A DNA stretch of 64,000 nucleotides from an uncultured Bacteroidales bacterium. Its GTDB lineage: Bacteria > Bacteroidota > Bacteroidia > Bacteroidales > Bacteroidaceae. The translations under genes were made by a program, and so were the position numbers. This document shows positions 17,155 to 27,556 of this stretch, in pieces. The notes under the pieces were generated by a model that made no database searches, was not told the origin of the DNA, and saw nothing but the letters and a program-made list of their open reading frames with translations. The number at the start of each line of letters is the position of its first letter. The stretch's first letter is position 1. The stretch spans positions 8,781 to 72,780 of the forward strand of contig CALKIW010000120.1 of NCBI GenBank assembly GCA_937995875.1, written 5' to 3'.

Positions 17155-18650
17155 AGTTCGCAGTATAAATCGGTGTTGGTAAGATTCTTGCACGGATTGG
17201 TCCATTCGGCCTTGTGGTCGTGCATCAACTTGTCGCTCTCTTGCGGTCCCCATGTGCCTACGGGGTAGCCATAGAGTGGAGCCTCGTTGTGGCTCTGCCA
17301 GTATTTGAGTATGGGGTCGAAGAATCGCCATGAAGCCTCCACCGCGTCGTTGCGTGTAAAGAGGGTTGGGTCGCCCTGAATACAATCGTCGATGAGACGT
17401 GCATAAGCGTCATTGATGACGATGTCGCCCAGTTGGTCATAAGTGAAATCCATAGCCACGCGTTTCACTTCGAAGCCGGCTCCAGGCACTTTCATGCCGA
17501 TCTTCAGGCTGATGCCCTCGTTGGGCTGTATGCGAATGGTGAGCATGTTGGCCTGCGGATGCTTGCCTCCGGCCGCGTTTCCAAACATCTGGTGGGGCGT
17601 TTCGCGGAAGTGGATGACAATTTCGGTGACTTTTGTCGGCATCTGCTTGCCCGTTCGGATGTAGAAGGGGACGCCGCTCCAGCGCCAGTTGTCGATGCTG
17701 AGGCGCATGGCCACAAAGGTTTCTGTGCGCGATTGCGGACTGATGCCTTTCTCCTCGCGATACCCTTTTTGAGCGTTTCCGGGCGTGTATTGCCCGCGAA
17801 CGATGTGTTCTTTGAGGTCGGTTTCGTTGAGGGGTTTCAGCGAGTTGTACACCTTCACCACTTCGTTTCGGAAACTGTCGGCATTGAATGCGGCAGGTGG
17901 CTCCATGGCGGTGAGGGCCACGAGTTGTATGAGATGGTTTTGCACCATGTCGCGCAGAGCACCGGCCGTGTCGTAGAATCCACCTCGATTTTCGATGCCG
18001 AGATTTTCTACGGCCGTAACTTCTACGTAGTCGATATAGTTGCGATTCCATATTGGCTCGAAGATGCCGTTGGCAAAGCGAAAGGCCAGAATGTTCTGGG
18101 CGGTCTCTTTACCGAGGAAATGGTCGATACGGAATATCTGGTGTTCTTCGAATACCGACTCATAGACTTTGCCTAACTCCTGTGCCGACTTGAGGTTGTA
18201 GCCAAAGGGCTTTTCCACAATGATGCGCGAGCCGGGCGTGTTGAGTCCCACACGCTTGAGGTGCAGGGGCACTACACTGTACAATGAGGGTGGAGTGGCC
18301 AGATAGAATAGCATGTTGTCGGGCTGCTCCTCGCCGGTAATGTCTTTAATTTTCTGCTTCAACACCTCATAGCCTTCGGGTTTCGATGGGTCAAGCGGCT
18401 GGTAGTAGAGATGTGATATAAATGTTTTGAAACCCTCTTCGTCGCGAGCTTCGGGTTTCACAAACTCGTTCATCTGCTCCAGGATATATGAGCGAAACTC
18501 ATCGTCGGAATAGGGCGTGCGTGCCGTACCGATGATGGAGAAGTGCTCTTGGAACCTATTGTTGGTGTAGAGCGAGTATAGGGCGGGTATCAGTTTCCGT
18601 TTGGTGAGGTCGCCTGAGGCCCCAAATATAATCATAGAAAAATTGTTCAT
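17151..18650 (-). CDS. zwf: Glucose-6-phosphate 1-dehydrogenase
   Basis: Carries IFGASGDLTKRKL (NADP site) and RIDHFLGKE (active site). The start was set at MNNFSMIIFG (18650), because the upstream ATG at 18701 lies inside a palindrome. Confidence 0.92.
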   Translation of the reverse strand: MNNFSMIIFGASGDLTKRKLIPALYSLYTNNRFQEHFSIIGTARTPYSDDEFRSYILEQMNEFVKPEARDEEGFKTFISHLYYQPLDPSKPEGYEVLKQKIKDITGEEQPDNMLFYLATPPSLYSVVPLHLKRVGLNTPGSRIIVEKPFGYNLKSAQELGKVYESVFEEHQIFRIDHFLGKETAQNILAFRFANGIFEPIWNRNYIDYVEVTAVENLGIENRGGFYDTAGALRDMVQNHLIQLVALTAMEPPAAFNADSFRNEVVKVYNSLKPLNETDLKEHIVRGQYTPGNAQKGYREEKGISPQSRTETFVAMRLSIDNWRWSGVPFYIRTGKQMPTKVTEIVIHFRETPHQMFGNAAGGKHPQANMLTIRIQPNEGISLKIGMKVPGAGFEVKRVAMDFTYDQLGDIVINDAYARLIDDCIQGDPTLFTRNDAVEASWRFFDPILKYWQSHNEAPLYGYPVGTWGPQESDKLMHDHKAEWTNPCKNLTNTDLYCEL

Positions 18651-18686
18651 ACCAAAGATTTTTAATTCACGATCCTTTTCAATGCA

Positions 18687-18761
18687 TAATTCACAATTCA
18701 TAATTCATAATTAGCTGCGCGTTAGCCTAATTATGAATTATGAATTATGAATTGTGAATTA
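18687..18761. repeat. Long imperfect palindrome built from AATTCAT heptamers, between gnd and zwf
   Basis: The left arm is taattcacaattcataattcataattag (28 nt). The right arm is ctaattatgaattatgaattatgaattgtgaatta (35 nt, one extra heptamer). The loop is ctgcgcgttagc. The right arm ends on the gnd stop codon. Confidence 0.85.
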
Positions 18762-20234
18762 CACATTATATGTTCCCGACTTAGTGCTGCCACCGTGTCC
18801 GGTCCAGTTCTCGTGGAAGAATTCGCCACGCGGCTGGTCTTTGCGTTCAAAGGTGTGAGCACCGAAATAGTCACGCTGAGCCTGCACCATGTTGGCCGGC
18901 AGATTCTCGGACGTGAGCGAATAGAAATAGTTGAGTGCTGATGAGAAAGCCGGAACGGGCAGCCCTTCGCCGGCAGCCTGTGCCACGAGAGTCTTCCATC
19001 CTTCGAGCAACTGCTCTATCTCTTTGGTGAAATAAGGTGCGAGAAGCAGGTGTTGAGGCTTCTCGGCTCCTTCGTAAGCGTGAGCGATGTCGTTGAGGAA
19101 CACACTGCGGATGATGCATCCGCCACGCCACATTCGGGCAATGGAGGCCATGTCGAGGCTCCATTCGAAGTCATCGGAAGCCTTCTGCAATACGGAAAAA
19201 CCCTGCGCATAACTCACCAGCTTGGACGCATAGAGTGCTGCAAAAATGTTGTCGAGCAAGGTCTGACGGTCGAGATTGGACTTGGCTACGGTGTGTGGGA
19301 AGCGCTTTGCTGCTGCCACGCGCATATTCTTGTCGGATGATAGGCTGCGTTCAAAGACGGCAGTACTGATGAGTCCCAGTGGCATACCGAGATTCATGGC
19401 GTTGATAACCGACCATTTGCCGGTGCCTTTCTGCCCTGCGGTATCGAGGATGTAGTCGATGAGCATATCGCCTTTGACGTCTTTATGGCGCAGAATATTG
19501 GCCGTAATCTCTATAAGGTAGCTCTGAAGTTTGCCCTTGTTCCATTCATCGAACACATCGGCCATCTCGTTGTTGCTCATTCCGCCGAGGTGTTTCATCA
19601 CCCAATAGGCTTCGGAAATGAGTTGCATATCGCCGTATTCGATGCCGTTGTGAATCATTTTCACAAAGTGGCCGGCACCTTGCGGCCCAACCCATTGACA
19701 GCAGGGGGCGCCGTCTTCGGCTTTTGCGGCAATGCTCTGAAGCACGGGCTTCACATTCTGCCAGGCCCTTTCTGACCCACCGGGCATGATTGAGGCACCA
19801 TTTAAAGCTCCTTCTTCGCCACCCGAAACACCGCTTCCTACGAACAGGAAGCCCTTTTCCTCAGCTGCAGCCACGCGTCGGTTGGTATCCTCATAGTTGG
19901 AGTTGCCCCCGTCGATGATAATATCGCCCGGTGAAAGCAATGGGAATAATTGTTCCATAACCATGTCTACAGGCTTGCCCGCCCGCACCATCATCATGAT
20001 TTTGCGGGGGCGTGCGATGGATTCTACGAAGTCTTTAATGTCGGTATATCCACTGATGGATTTGCCTTTAGCCCTCCCATCGATGAAGCGTTCTACCACA
20101 CCTTCTTCTATTCCGGGTACGGTACGGTTGTAGACAGAGATGTTCCAGCCATGATTGGCCATATTCAGCGCAAGATTTTCGCCCATCACGGCAAGACCGA
20201 TGAGGCCGAAATCTGTTTTCTTTTGATTATCCAT
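18759..20234 (-). CDS. gnd: 6-phosphogluconate dehydrogenase (decarboxylating)
   Basis: FGLIGLAVMGENLALN (NADP Rossmann) and a full-length Gnd pattern are present. The start is taken as MDNQKK (20234); an alternative ATG lies at 20258. Confidence 0.9.
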   Translation of the reverse strand: MDNQKKTDFGLIGLAVMGENLALNMANHGWNISVYNRTVPGIEEGVVERFIDGRAKGKSISGYTDIKDFVESIARPRKIMMMVRAGKPVDMVMEQLFPLLSPGDIIIDGGNSNYEDTNRRVAAAEEKGFLFVGSGVSGGEEGALNGASIMPGGSERAWQNVKPVLQSIAAKAEDGAPCCQWVGPQGAGHFVKMIHNGIEYGDMQLISEAYWVMKHLGGMSNNEMADVFDEWNKGKLQSYLIEITANILRHKDVKGDMLIDYILDTAGQKGTGKWSVINAMNLGMPLGLISTAVFERSLSSDKNMRVAAAKRFPHTVAKSNLDRQTLLDNIFAALYASKLVSYAQGFSVLQKASDDFEWSLDMASIARMWRGGCIIRSVFLNDIAHAYEGAEKPQHLLLAPYFTKEIEQLLEGWKTLVAQAAGEGLPVPAFSSALNYFYSLTSENLPANMVQAQRDYFGAHTFERKDQPRGEFFHENWTGHGGSTKSGTYNV

Positions 20235-20277
20235 GTGTTTTGTTTTATTTGTTTTCATTGTTATGGGAGGTAGAGGA

Positions 20278-20703
20278 TTAGTCCAGAACGGTCCCTTTGG
20301 TGAGCGCATATTTGCCTCCGCCCGTGAAACATAGCGCCAAACCGCCAAGCAGATACAGTGCGGGCAATTCTACGGCCCATCCTCCTGTGGCAGGATTTAT
20401 GCTGAACAGCACGTCGGCATGAGCCATGAGAATGGCCACAACCATGTTGGCTGTCAATATGGCGGCAGCAGCGCGGGTCCACACACCCAGTACGATCATG
20501 GCGGAAGCCACCAGTTCACAGAGCAACGCGCCATAGGCAATGAACGTGGGGAGACCTATTGCAGCAAGCATCCCGGCAATGCCATCGACGCCATGTGTGG
20601 CCTTATGGATGCCGTGAAAAAGCATTAATCCACCAACGTTGAGGCGCAAAACCAGCAGCCCCAAATCTATATTTCGAAGAAAATCCTTATATTTTTCTAC
20701 CAT
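20278..20703 (-). CDS. DoxX family membrane protein
   Basis: A 141-aa protein with four hydrophobic segments and LLVLRLNVGGLMLFHGIHK, typical of DoxX. It lies directly upstream of gnd on the same strand. Confidence 0.75.
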   Translation of the reverse strand: MVEKYKDFLRNIDLGLLVLRLNVGGLMLFHGIHKATHGVDGIAGMLAAIGLPTFIAYGALLCELVASAMIVLGVWTRAAAAILTANMVVAILMAHADVLFSINPATGGWAVELPALYLLGGLALCFTGGGKYALTKGTVLD

Positions 20704-20761
20704 AATGTTGTTTTTAAATGTTTATAATTAAAATATTAGTTTGTTTTGTCCTTAATCTACG

Positions 20762-20769
20762 CAAATTTA
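20762..20769 (-). promoter_or_regulatory. -7 promoter motif (TAAATTTG) upstream of DoxX
   Basis: Plus-strand caaattta lies 59 nt upstream of ATG 20703. Confidence 0.4.
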
Positions 20770-20883
20770 ACAAAAATCTCAAAGTAGACCAAAGAATATT
20801 GAAAAGTTTTCAAGATAAAACAGGAATTGTAATCTTTTCAAAATAAAAACACCAAAAAAACTTGGTTTTCTAAAAAAAACTTT

Positions 20884-20891
20884 TATCTTTG
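20884..20891 (+). promoter_or_regulatory. -7 promoter motif (TATCTTTG) upstream of rubredoxin
   Basis: tatctttg lies about 117 nt upstream of ATG 21008, which implies a long leader. Confidence 0.35.
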
Positions 20892-21007
20892 CAGTTGTAG
20901 TGTTGCAATGATGTGCATACTACGACAAGAGTTTTGAAAGAGGCAAAAGGTTTGCTGATTACTTAAAAAACATATTATACAAATAAAATAAATAAAACAG
21001 AAAGATT

Positions 21008-21172
21008 ATGAAAAAGTACGTTTGTGATGTTTGCGGTTGGGTGTATGATCCTGAAGTTGGTGATCCGGATGGTGGCATTGAGCCAGGTACTGCTTTTGAG
21101 GATATACCCGAAGATTGGGTTTGCCCGGAATGTGGCGTAACCAAGGAAGACTTCAGTGTTTTAGAAGACTAA
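21008..21172 (+). CDS. rd: Rubredoxin (54 aa, not in the ORF track because it is under 60 aa)
   Basis: The translation is [54 protein letters not shown]. It has two CxxCG knuckles and the canonical rubredoxin spacing. Confidence 0.9.
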   Translation: MKKYVCDVCGWVYDPEVGDPDGGIEPGTAFEDIPEDWVCPECGVTKEDFSVLED

Positions 21173-21233
21173 TCCGCATAGAAAGTACAATCCGGCCTTT
21201 TCGCAGTACAACTGACAAAGGCTTGGAAAAGAA

Positions 21234-21279
21234 AAATGGTTTTACTCATGGAAGGTTACATTCCGGAGTAACACCATTT
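21234..21279. terminator. Bidirectional terminator hairpin between rubredoxin and the flavodiiron gene
   Basis: aaatggttttactc / gagtaacaccattt forms a 14-bp stem with one mismatch. It is flanked by an A-run on the left and a T-run on the right. Confidence 0.55.
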
Positions 21280-21308
21280 TGCGTTTAATGGCATCACTGT
21301 TTGAGCTT

Positions 21309-22496
21309 TCAGTCGGCAAGAAGCCTGGCTGCCATAGCCTGTCCCAAAGCCACACATTGGGCACGGGTCTCCTCGTTGAGCGACTGTTTCATTTCTACAG
21401 GCTCACCCACTGGTTCGAAATGGAACTGTTTTTCGTTCCATTCTCCGAGTATTGAAACGGCCTTTCCGGCCCAACAATAGCTTCCAAACCAACCCATACA
21501 ACGGTTTTTGATGCTTCGGTTGGCAATGGCTGATAACAACTGTTCCATTTTGGGGAATATGCTGTTGTTATATGTTGGTGCACCGAGAATAAGTCCCTTG
21601 TAACGGAATATGTCGCGCAGGGCATAAGAATAGTGTATCTTGCTCAGGTTGATAAGGCTGATTTTTTCGATGCCTGCCTGCGATGCGGCCTCAGCGATGA
21701 CCTCTGCCATCTGTGCCGTGTTGCCGTACATTGTGCCGTAGGCAATAACCAAGCCGGTCTCGCCTTCGTATTTACTCATGCTGTCGTAGAGTTTGACGAC
21801 TTTGTCTGCATACTTATGCCATACAGGGCCATGCGTGGGACAGAGGTAATCCAGCTGCACACCGTCCAACTTTTTCAAAGCGTTTTGCACGGGAACACCG
21901 TATCGTCCAACAATGTTGGAGTAGTATCTCACCATCTCCAACCAGTATTTGTCGGTGTCAATATCCTTATCTATGATGCCGCCGTCGAGTGCGCCAAAGC
22001 ATCCGAAGGCATCTCCCGTGAACGCTGTACGCGTATTGATGTCGATGGAAACCATCGTTTCGGGCCAGTGCACCATAGGAATGAGTTGGAATGTAAGTGT
22101 ATGCTTGCCCAAAGAGAGTTCGTCGCCATGTTTCACTTCGACACATTGCTCCTGAATTCCATAGAATCCTTTCATCATGTCGAAGGTTTTTTTGTTGCCG
22201 ATAATCTTGATATTGGGATAAAATTCACGTAGCAATGAAAGCGAACTGCTATGGTCCGGCTCCATGTGATGCACCACAATATAATCGATGGGACGGTCTC
22301 CGATTACTTCGCGGATGTTAGCCAGAAACAGTGGATAGAAATCAACTTCCACCGTATCCATGAGGCAAACTTTCTCGTCAACAACCAAGTAGGAATTGTA
22401 CGAAACACCGTGTGGCAGTGGCCATAGGCCTTCAAACCTCTGCTTTTTATTGTCGTTTACTCCTACATAATATACTTGGTCCGTTATTTTTTTCAT
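21309..22496 (-). CDS. Flavodiiron protein (FprA / type A flavoprotein, O2/NO reductase)
   Basis: The metallo-beta-lactamase-like domain carries a HHMEPDHSSS diiron motif. The C-terminal flavodoxin-like domain carries VIAYGTMYGNT. Confidence 0.85.
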   Translation of the reverse strand: MKKITDQVYYVGVNDNKKQRFEGLWPLPHGVSYNSYLVVDEKVCLMDTVEVDFYPLFLANIREVIGDRPIDYIVVHHMEPDHSSSLSLLREFYPNIKIIGNKKTFDMMKGFYGIQEQCVEVKHGDELSLGKHTLTFQLIPMVHWPETMVSIDINTRTAFTGDAFGCFGALDGGIIDKDIDTDKYWLEMVRYYSNIVGRYGVPVQNALKKLDGVQLDYLCPTHGPVWHKYADKVVKLYDSMSKYEGETGLVIAYGTMYGNTAQMAEVIAEAASQAGIEKISLINLSKIHYSYALRDIFRYKGLILGAPTYNNSIFPKMEQLLSAIANRSIKNRCMGWFGSYCWAGKAVSILGEWNEKQFHFEPVGEPVEMKQSLNEETRAQCVALGQAMAARLLAD

Positions 22497-22531
22497 GTCT
22501 TGAATGAATGTTTTAGCGTGAATAATGCAAA

Positions 22532-23086
22532 TTAGGCTATGCTCTTGAGGACTTCTTGGCTTTGTTTTTGGAGTGCGTTACGCTGCTCTTCTGTCAAAAT
22601 CATCTTACCTTCTGTCCACGCTTCCTTATTAAGCGCTATGCCGGTTTGTTGTGCAGGCATTATGTCGGCGCCAATGAAAGTCAGCAATTCGGCCAGTTTT
22701 GCCCTACACTTCGCCGTTCGTCCTTCTCCGCCAGCACCGCTCATTGTGATTTTTTTGCCTTTGATGGCAGTTGGCGTTTGATAATCTCCGGCTACCACCG
22801 GGCGCGAAAGCCAGTCGAAAATATTCTTCACATGGCCGGGATAGCTGTAGTTGTATTCCGGAGTGAATACCCACACGGCATCGGCCGCTGCCACAGTTTC
22901 GCGCAATTTGGTCACTGCCGCTGGGGCAGGGAATTCTATATCCTGATTGATGAAGGGAATGTCGCTATAGTCCAGATAACTTATGTTGGCTTGGTCACCG
23001 ATCATTTCTTCAGCGGTTTTAGCCAAAACACGATTGAAAGACTCCTTTCGCAAAGAGCCTACAATAAATAATATATTTCTTTTCAT
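22532..23086 (-). CDS. NAD(P)H-dependent FMN reductase family protein
   Basis: ILFIVGSLRKESFNRVLA and FTPEYNYSYPGHVKNIFDWLSRP are typical of the FMN_red family. It lies 35 nt upstream of the flavodiiron gene on the same strand. Confidence 0.8.
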   Translation of the reverse strand: MKRNILFIVGSLRKESFNRVLAKTAEEMIGDQANISYLDYSDIPFINQDIEFPAPAAVTKLRETVAAADAVWVFTPEYNYSYPGHVKNIFDWLSRPVVAGDYQTPTAIKGKKITMSGAGGEGRTAKCRAKLAELLTFIGADIMPAQQTGIALNKEAWTEGKMILTEEQRNALQKQSQEVLKSIA

Positions 23087-23118
23087 AGCTGTTTTCTTGA
23101 TGATTTGCTAATGTTTCG

Positions 23119-23126
23119 CAAAATTA
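23119..23126 (-). promoter_or_regulatory. -7 promoter motif (TAATTTTG) upstream of the FMN reductase-FDP pair
   Basis: Plus-strand caaaatta lies 33 nt upstream of ATG 23086. Confidence 0.45.
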
Positions 23127-23199
23127 ACCAATTTCCGCTGTATGGACAAACAAACAGAGGAATATTTGCCATAAGGCTCTGCGATATACCTACTTTGTA

Positions 23200-24324
23200 T
23201 TAGAGCTTGTCGTGTGTCAGCAATTTCTCACATGCTATGCGTTCTACCTTTCGTCCTCCGTGATCGTAATAGCACAGTCCACACCGTGTGAATCCGAGAC
23301 TATCAATGAGGTGTAGCATCTCCACGTTGTCATAGTTGGTGTCGATGCGAATGCTTCCGAACTGTTGTTTCCGACAGATCCGTTCGGCTTCTGTAAACAG
23401 CAGACGCGCCAATCCCTTCCCATGATAGGCGTCTGCAATGGCAATACGATGCATGGTGGCGTAGGGCTGATTGCTGAGCCATTTCCCTTTCAGCTGCTCG
23501 TAGGAGGGCTCTCCGTCAAAGCTCACAGCGGTATATCCGGCTATTTCGCCGTTCAATTTCATTACATATCCATTTCCTTGTTCAATGTCGTGGGCAATAT
23601 GCTCACGTGGAGGATAGTTTTCGTCCCATTGATGGCGACCCTTCCTTGCCATGTCAAGAGCTGCCTGATGCACAATATTCCATATTTCGGTCTCATCGTC
23701 TGGCGTTGCCTGCTCAAATGTATAGGGCAGAAGCAATGGCTCCAACTCATGCAATAATTGACGGGTGTTTTCATAAACGATGCCATACATACCCACAGCT
23801 TTTGCCCCCTCAATGTTTTCGGGTTTGTCGTCTAAGAACACACATTCGTCTGCCTGTACGTTGAATTTGTGCAGGAAAGTATGATAAATTTCAGCGTCGG
23901 GCTTCAGTTGAAACACATCTTTGGAGATAACATATCCATCCAAGAGTTCAAAGATGTCAAACTTCTCCATCACATCGTTCACCCTCGACGACCAGTTGGA
24001 CAGTCCGAGCAGTCTATACCCGCGTTTCTTAAAGTCGAGCATCGACTCCCTGATGCCCTCACTTTCATGCGTGAAGATGTCTGCATAATGCTTGTCGAAA
24101 GCGTCGAGGGCTTCGCGATATTCCGGCCAAAGACGTTTTTGCTGTTCAAAAAAATAGGCCGGCTCATGTACGCCCCGATCCATTTCGTTGTTCAGCTCAC
24201 TTGTAAATACCTTATTTAGAAACCACCGGGCTTTTTCGCTGCTTCCTAACAGTTGTGTGAAGAATCTCATGAAATCGTACTGTACGAGTACGCCTCCGAA
24301 GTCGTAAACTATATTTTTAATCAT
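23200..24324 (-). CDS. HAD-superfamily hydrolase fused to a GNAT N-acetyltransferase
   Basis: The N-terminal half is HAD-like (IVYDFGGVLV motif I, LSNWS, FLDDKPENI). The C-terminal half is GNAT-like (IAIADAYHGKGLARLLF acetyl-CoA loop). The start was set at MIKNIVYDF (24324). Confidence 0.7.
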   Translation of the reverse strand: MIKNIVYDFGGVLVQYDFMRFFTQLLGSSEKARWFLNKVFTSELNNEMDRGVHEPAYFFEQQKRLWPEYREALDAFDKHYADIFTHESEGIRESMLDFKKRGYRLLGLSNWSSRVNDVMEKFDIFELLDGYVISKDVFQLKPDAEIYHTFLHKFNVQADECVFLDDKPENIEGAKAVGMYGIVYENTRQLLHELEPLLLPYTFEQATPDDETEIWNIVHQAALDMARKGRHQWDENYPPREHIAHDIEQGNGYVMKLNGEIAGYTAVSFDGEPSYEQLKGKWLSNQPYATMHRIAIADAYHGKGLARLLFTEAERICRKQQFGSIRIDTNYDNVEMLHLIDSLGFTRCGLCYYDHGGRKVERIACEKLLTHDKL

Positions 24325-24351
24325 AATGAATATGGTGGTTTGTTGTAGAGA

Positions 24352-24359
24352 CAAAGATA
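24352..24359 (-). promoter_or_regulatory. -7 promoter motif (TATCTTTG) upstream of the HAD-GNAT gene
   Basis: Plus-strand caaagata lies 28 nt upstream of ATG 24324. Confidence 0.45.
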
Positions 24360-24384
24360 CGAATTTATGACGATGTAACCAAAA

Positions 24385-24416
24385 AAGGACACACCTCATT
24401 TCTGAGATATGTCCTT
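24385..24416 (-). terminator. Terminator after eno
   Basis: aaggaca / tgtcctt forms the stem. On the minus strand a tttttt tract follows (plus-strand aaaaaa at 24381-24386). It lies about 30 nt after the eno stop. Confidence 0.5.
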
Positions 24417-24443
24417 TGTATAGAGAATGTAATTATTTCGAAA

Positions 24444-25964
<1,521 letters not shown>

Positions 25965-25980
25965 TCACATAATAAAATTG

Positions 25981-25988
25981 TATCTTTG
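25981..25988 (+). promoter_or_regulatory. -7 promoter motif (TATCTTTG) upstream of the Y-family polymerase gene
   Basis: tatctttg lies 18 nt upstream of ATG 26006 and abuts an ACAATT-N10-AATTGT inverted repeat (25960-25981). Confidence 0.45.
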
Positions 25989-26005
25989 CACATAGACAAC
26001 CGACG

Positions 26006-27520
26006 ATGATGACCCAACAGCGCACCTATATAGCCATTGACCTCAAGTCGTTCTATGCCTCTGTGGAGTGTGTGGAACGGGGGCTTGACCCGCTCACCAC
26101 CAATCTTGTGGTGGCCGATGAGAGCCGCACGGAGAAGACCATCTGCCTGGCGGTGTCGCCTTCGCTCAAAGCCTACGGCATCAGTGGGCGCGCCCGTTTG
26201 TTTGAGGTGGTGCAGCGGTTGCGCGAGGTGAATTATGAGCGTCGGCAACGCGTGCAGGGCCATGTGCTGACGGGCAAGTCGGCTTCCGACCCGAAACTCA
26301 AGGCCAACCCCCAGCTTGAAGTCGATTATATCGTCGCCATGCCGCGCATGGCCCATTATATCCGGTATAGCACGCGCATCTATCAGATATATATGAGGTA
26401 TGTCGCCCCGGAAGATATGCACGTGTATTCCATTGATGAGGTGTTTTTTGATGTCACCAATTATCTGTCGCTCTACAAGATGTCGGCCCACGAGTTGGCC
26501 ATGACGATGGTGCGTGCCGTGCTCCGCGAGACGGGCATCACGGCTACGGCCGGCATAGGCACCAACCTTTATCTGGCAAAGATAGCGATGGATATTGTGG
26601 CCAAACACATGGCGGCCGATGCCGACGGCGTGCGCGTTGCCGAACTCGACGAACTGTCTTATCGGCGCCAACTCTGGAATCACGAGCCTCTCACCGACTT
26701 CTGGCGTGTGGGGCGGGGGATTGCCGGACGGCTTGAGCCGTATGGCATCAAGACGATGGGGCAGATTGCCCGCTGCTCCATTGAGAACGAGGAGTTGCTC
26801 TATAAACTTTTCGGCGTCAATGCCGAACTGCTCATTGATCATGCGTGGGGGTGGGAGCCGTGCACCATCGAGGCCATAAAAGCCTATAAACCTGAGGTGA
26901 ACTCACTGAGCAGCGGCCAAGTGTTGCAGGAGCCTTACACATTCAGCAAAGCACGGGTAGTGGCCAAAGAGATGGCCGATGCTATGGCGCTCGACCTTGT
27001 AGATAAGCATCTCGTGACCGACCAGATTGTGCTCACCGTAGGCTACGACATACAGAGCCTGACCGACCCTGCCATCAGCGCCAAATACGACGGTCCTGTG
27101 ACGACCGACCACTATGGGCGAAGGGTGCCCAAATATGCGCATGGCACGGCGCGTCTGGGTTTCCACCACGCTTCGTCGAAGCTCATCACTGAAGCCGTGA
27201 CCCGGATTTTCGACAAAATCGTAGACTCCAACTTGCTCATACGACGGCTGAATTTGGTGGCCGACCACGTGATAGATGAGGACAAGGCACGGCAGCAACC
27301 CAAGTCGCCCGTGCAGTTGGATATGTTTACCGACTATGAGGCCCTTCGCAGGGAGAAGCAGAAAATGCGCGACAATCTGGACAAGGAGCGCCGAATGCAG
27401 AAAACATTGTTGGACATTAAAAAGAAATTCGGCAAAAATGCCATCCTTAAAGGCCTCGATTTCGAGGAGGGTGCCACCACGCGAAGCCGTAACGACCAGA
27501 TAGGCGGACATAAGGCGTGA
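26006..27520 (+). CDS. Y-family (translesion) DNA polymerase, UmuC/UvrX/YqjW-like
   Basis: YIAIDLKSFYASVECV (catalytic Asp region), YSIDEVFFDV and ATAGIGTNLYLAKIA fit the ImpB/MucB/SamB family. Confidence 0.85.
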   Translation: MMTQQRTYIAIDLKSFYASVECVERGLDPLTTNLVVADESRTEKTICLAVSPSLKAYGISGRARLFEVVQRLREVNYERRQRVQGHVLTGKSASDPKLKANPQLEVDYIVAMPRMAHYIRYSTRIYQIYMRYVAPEDMHVYSIDEVFFDVTNYLSLYKMSAHELAMTMVRAVLRETGITATAGIGTNLYLAKIAMDIVAKHMAADADGVRVAELDELSYRRQLWNHEPLTDFWRVGRGIAGRLEPYGIKTMGQIARCSIENEELLYKLFGVNAELLIDHAWGWEPCTIEAIKAYKPEVNSLSSGQVLQEPYTFSKARVVAKEMADAMALDLVDKHLVTDQIVLTVGYDIQSLTDPAISAKYDGPVTTDHYGRRVPKYAHGTARLGFHHASSKLITEAVTRIFDKIVDSNLLIRRLNLVADHVIDEDKARQQPKSPVQLDMFTDYEALRREKQKMRDNLDKERRMQKTLLDIKKKFGKNAILKGLDFEEGATTRSRNDQIGGHKA

Positions 27521-27556
27521 GGGCAAGGATGATATATCTTATATAGTATATCACAC

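Noticed and set aside
18701-18941. Mirror-image ORF starts MNCEL... on both strands (the zwf track start at 18701 and the plus-strand ORF 18747..18941).
   Set aside because: Both ATGs lie inside the two arms of the heptamer palindrome, so the identical peptides are a by-product of the inverted repeat. The conserved zwf N-terminus (MNNFSMIIFGASGD) begins at 18650.
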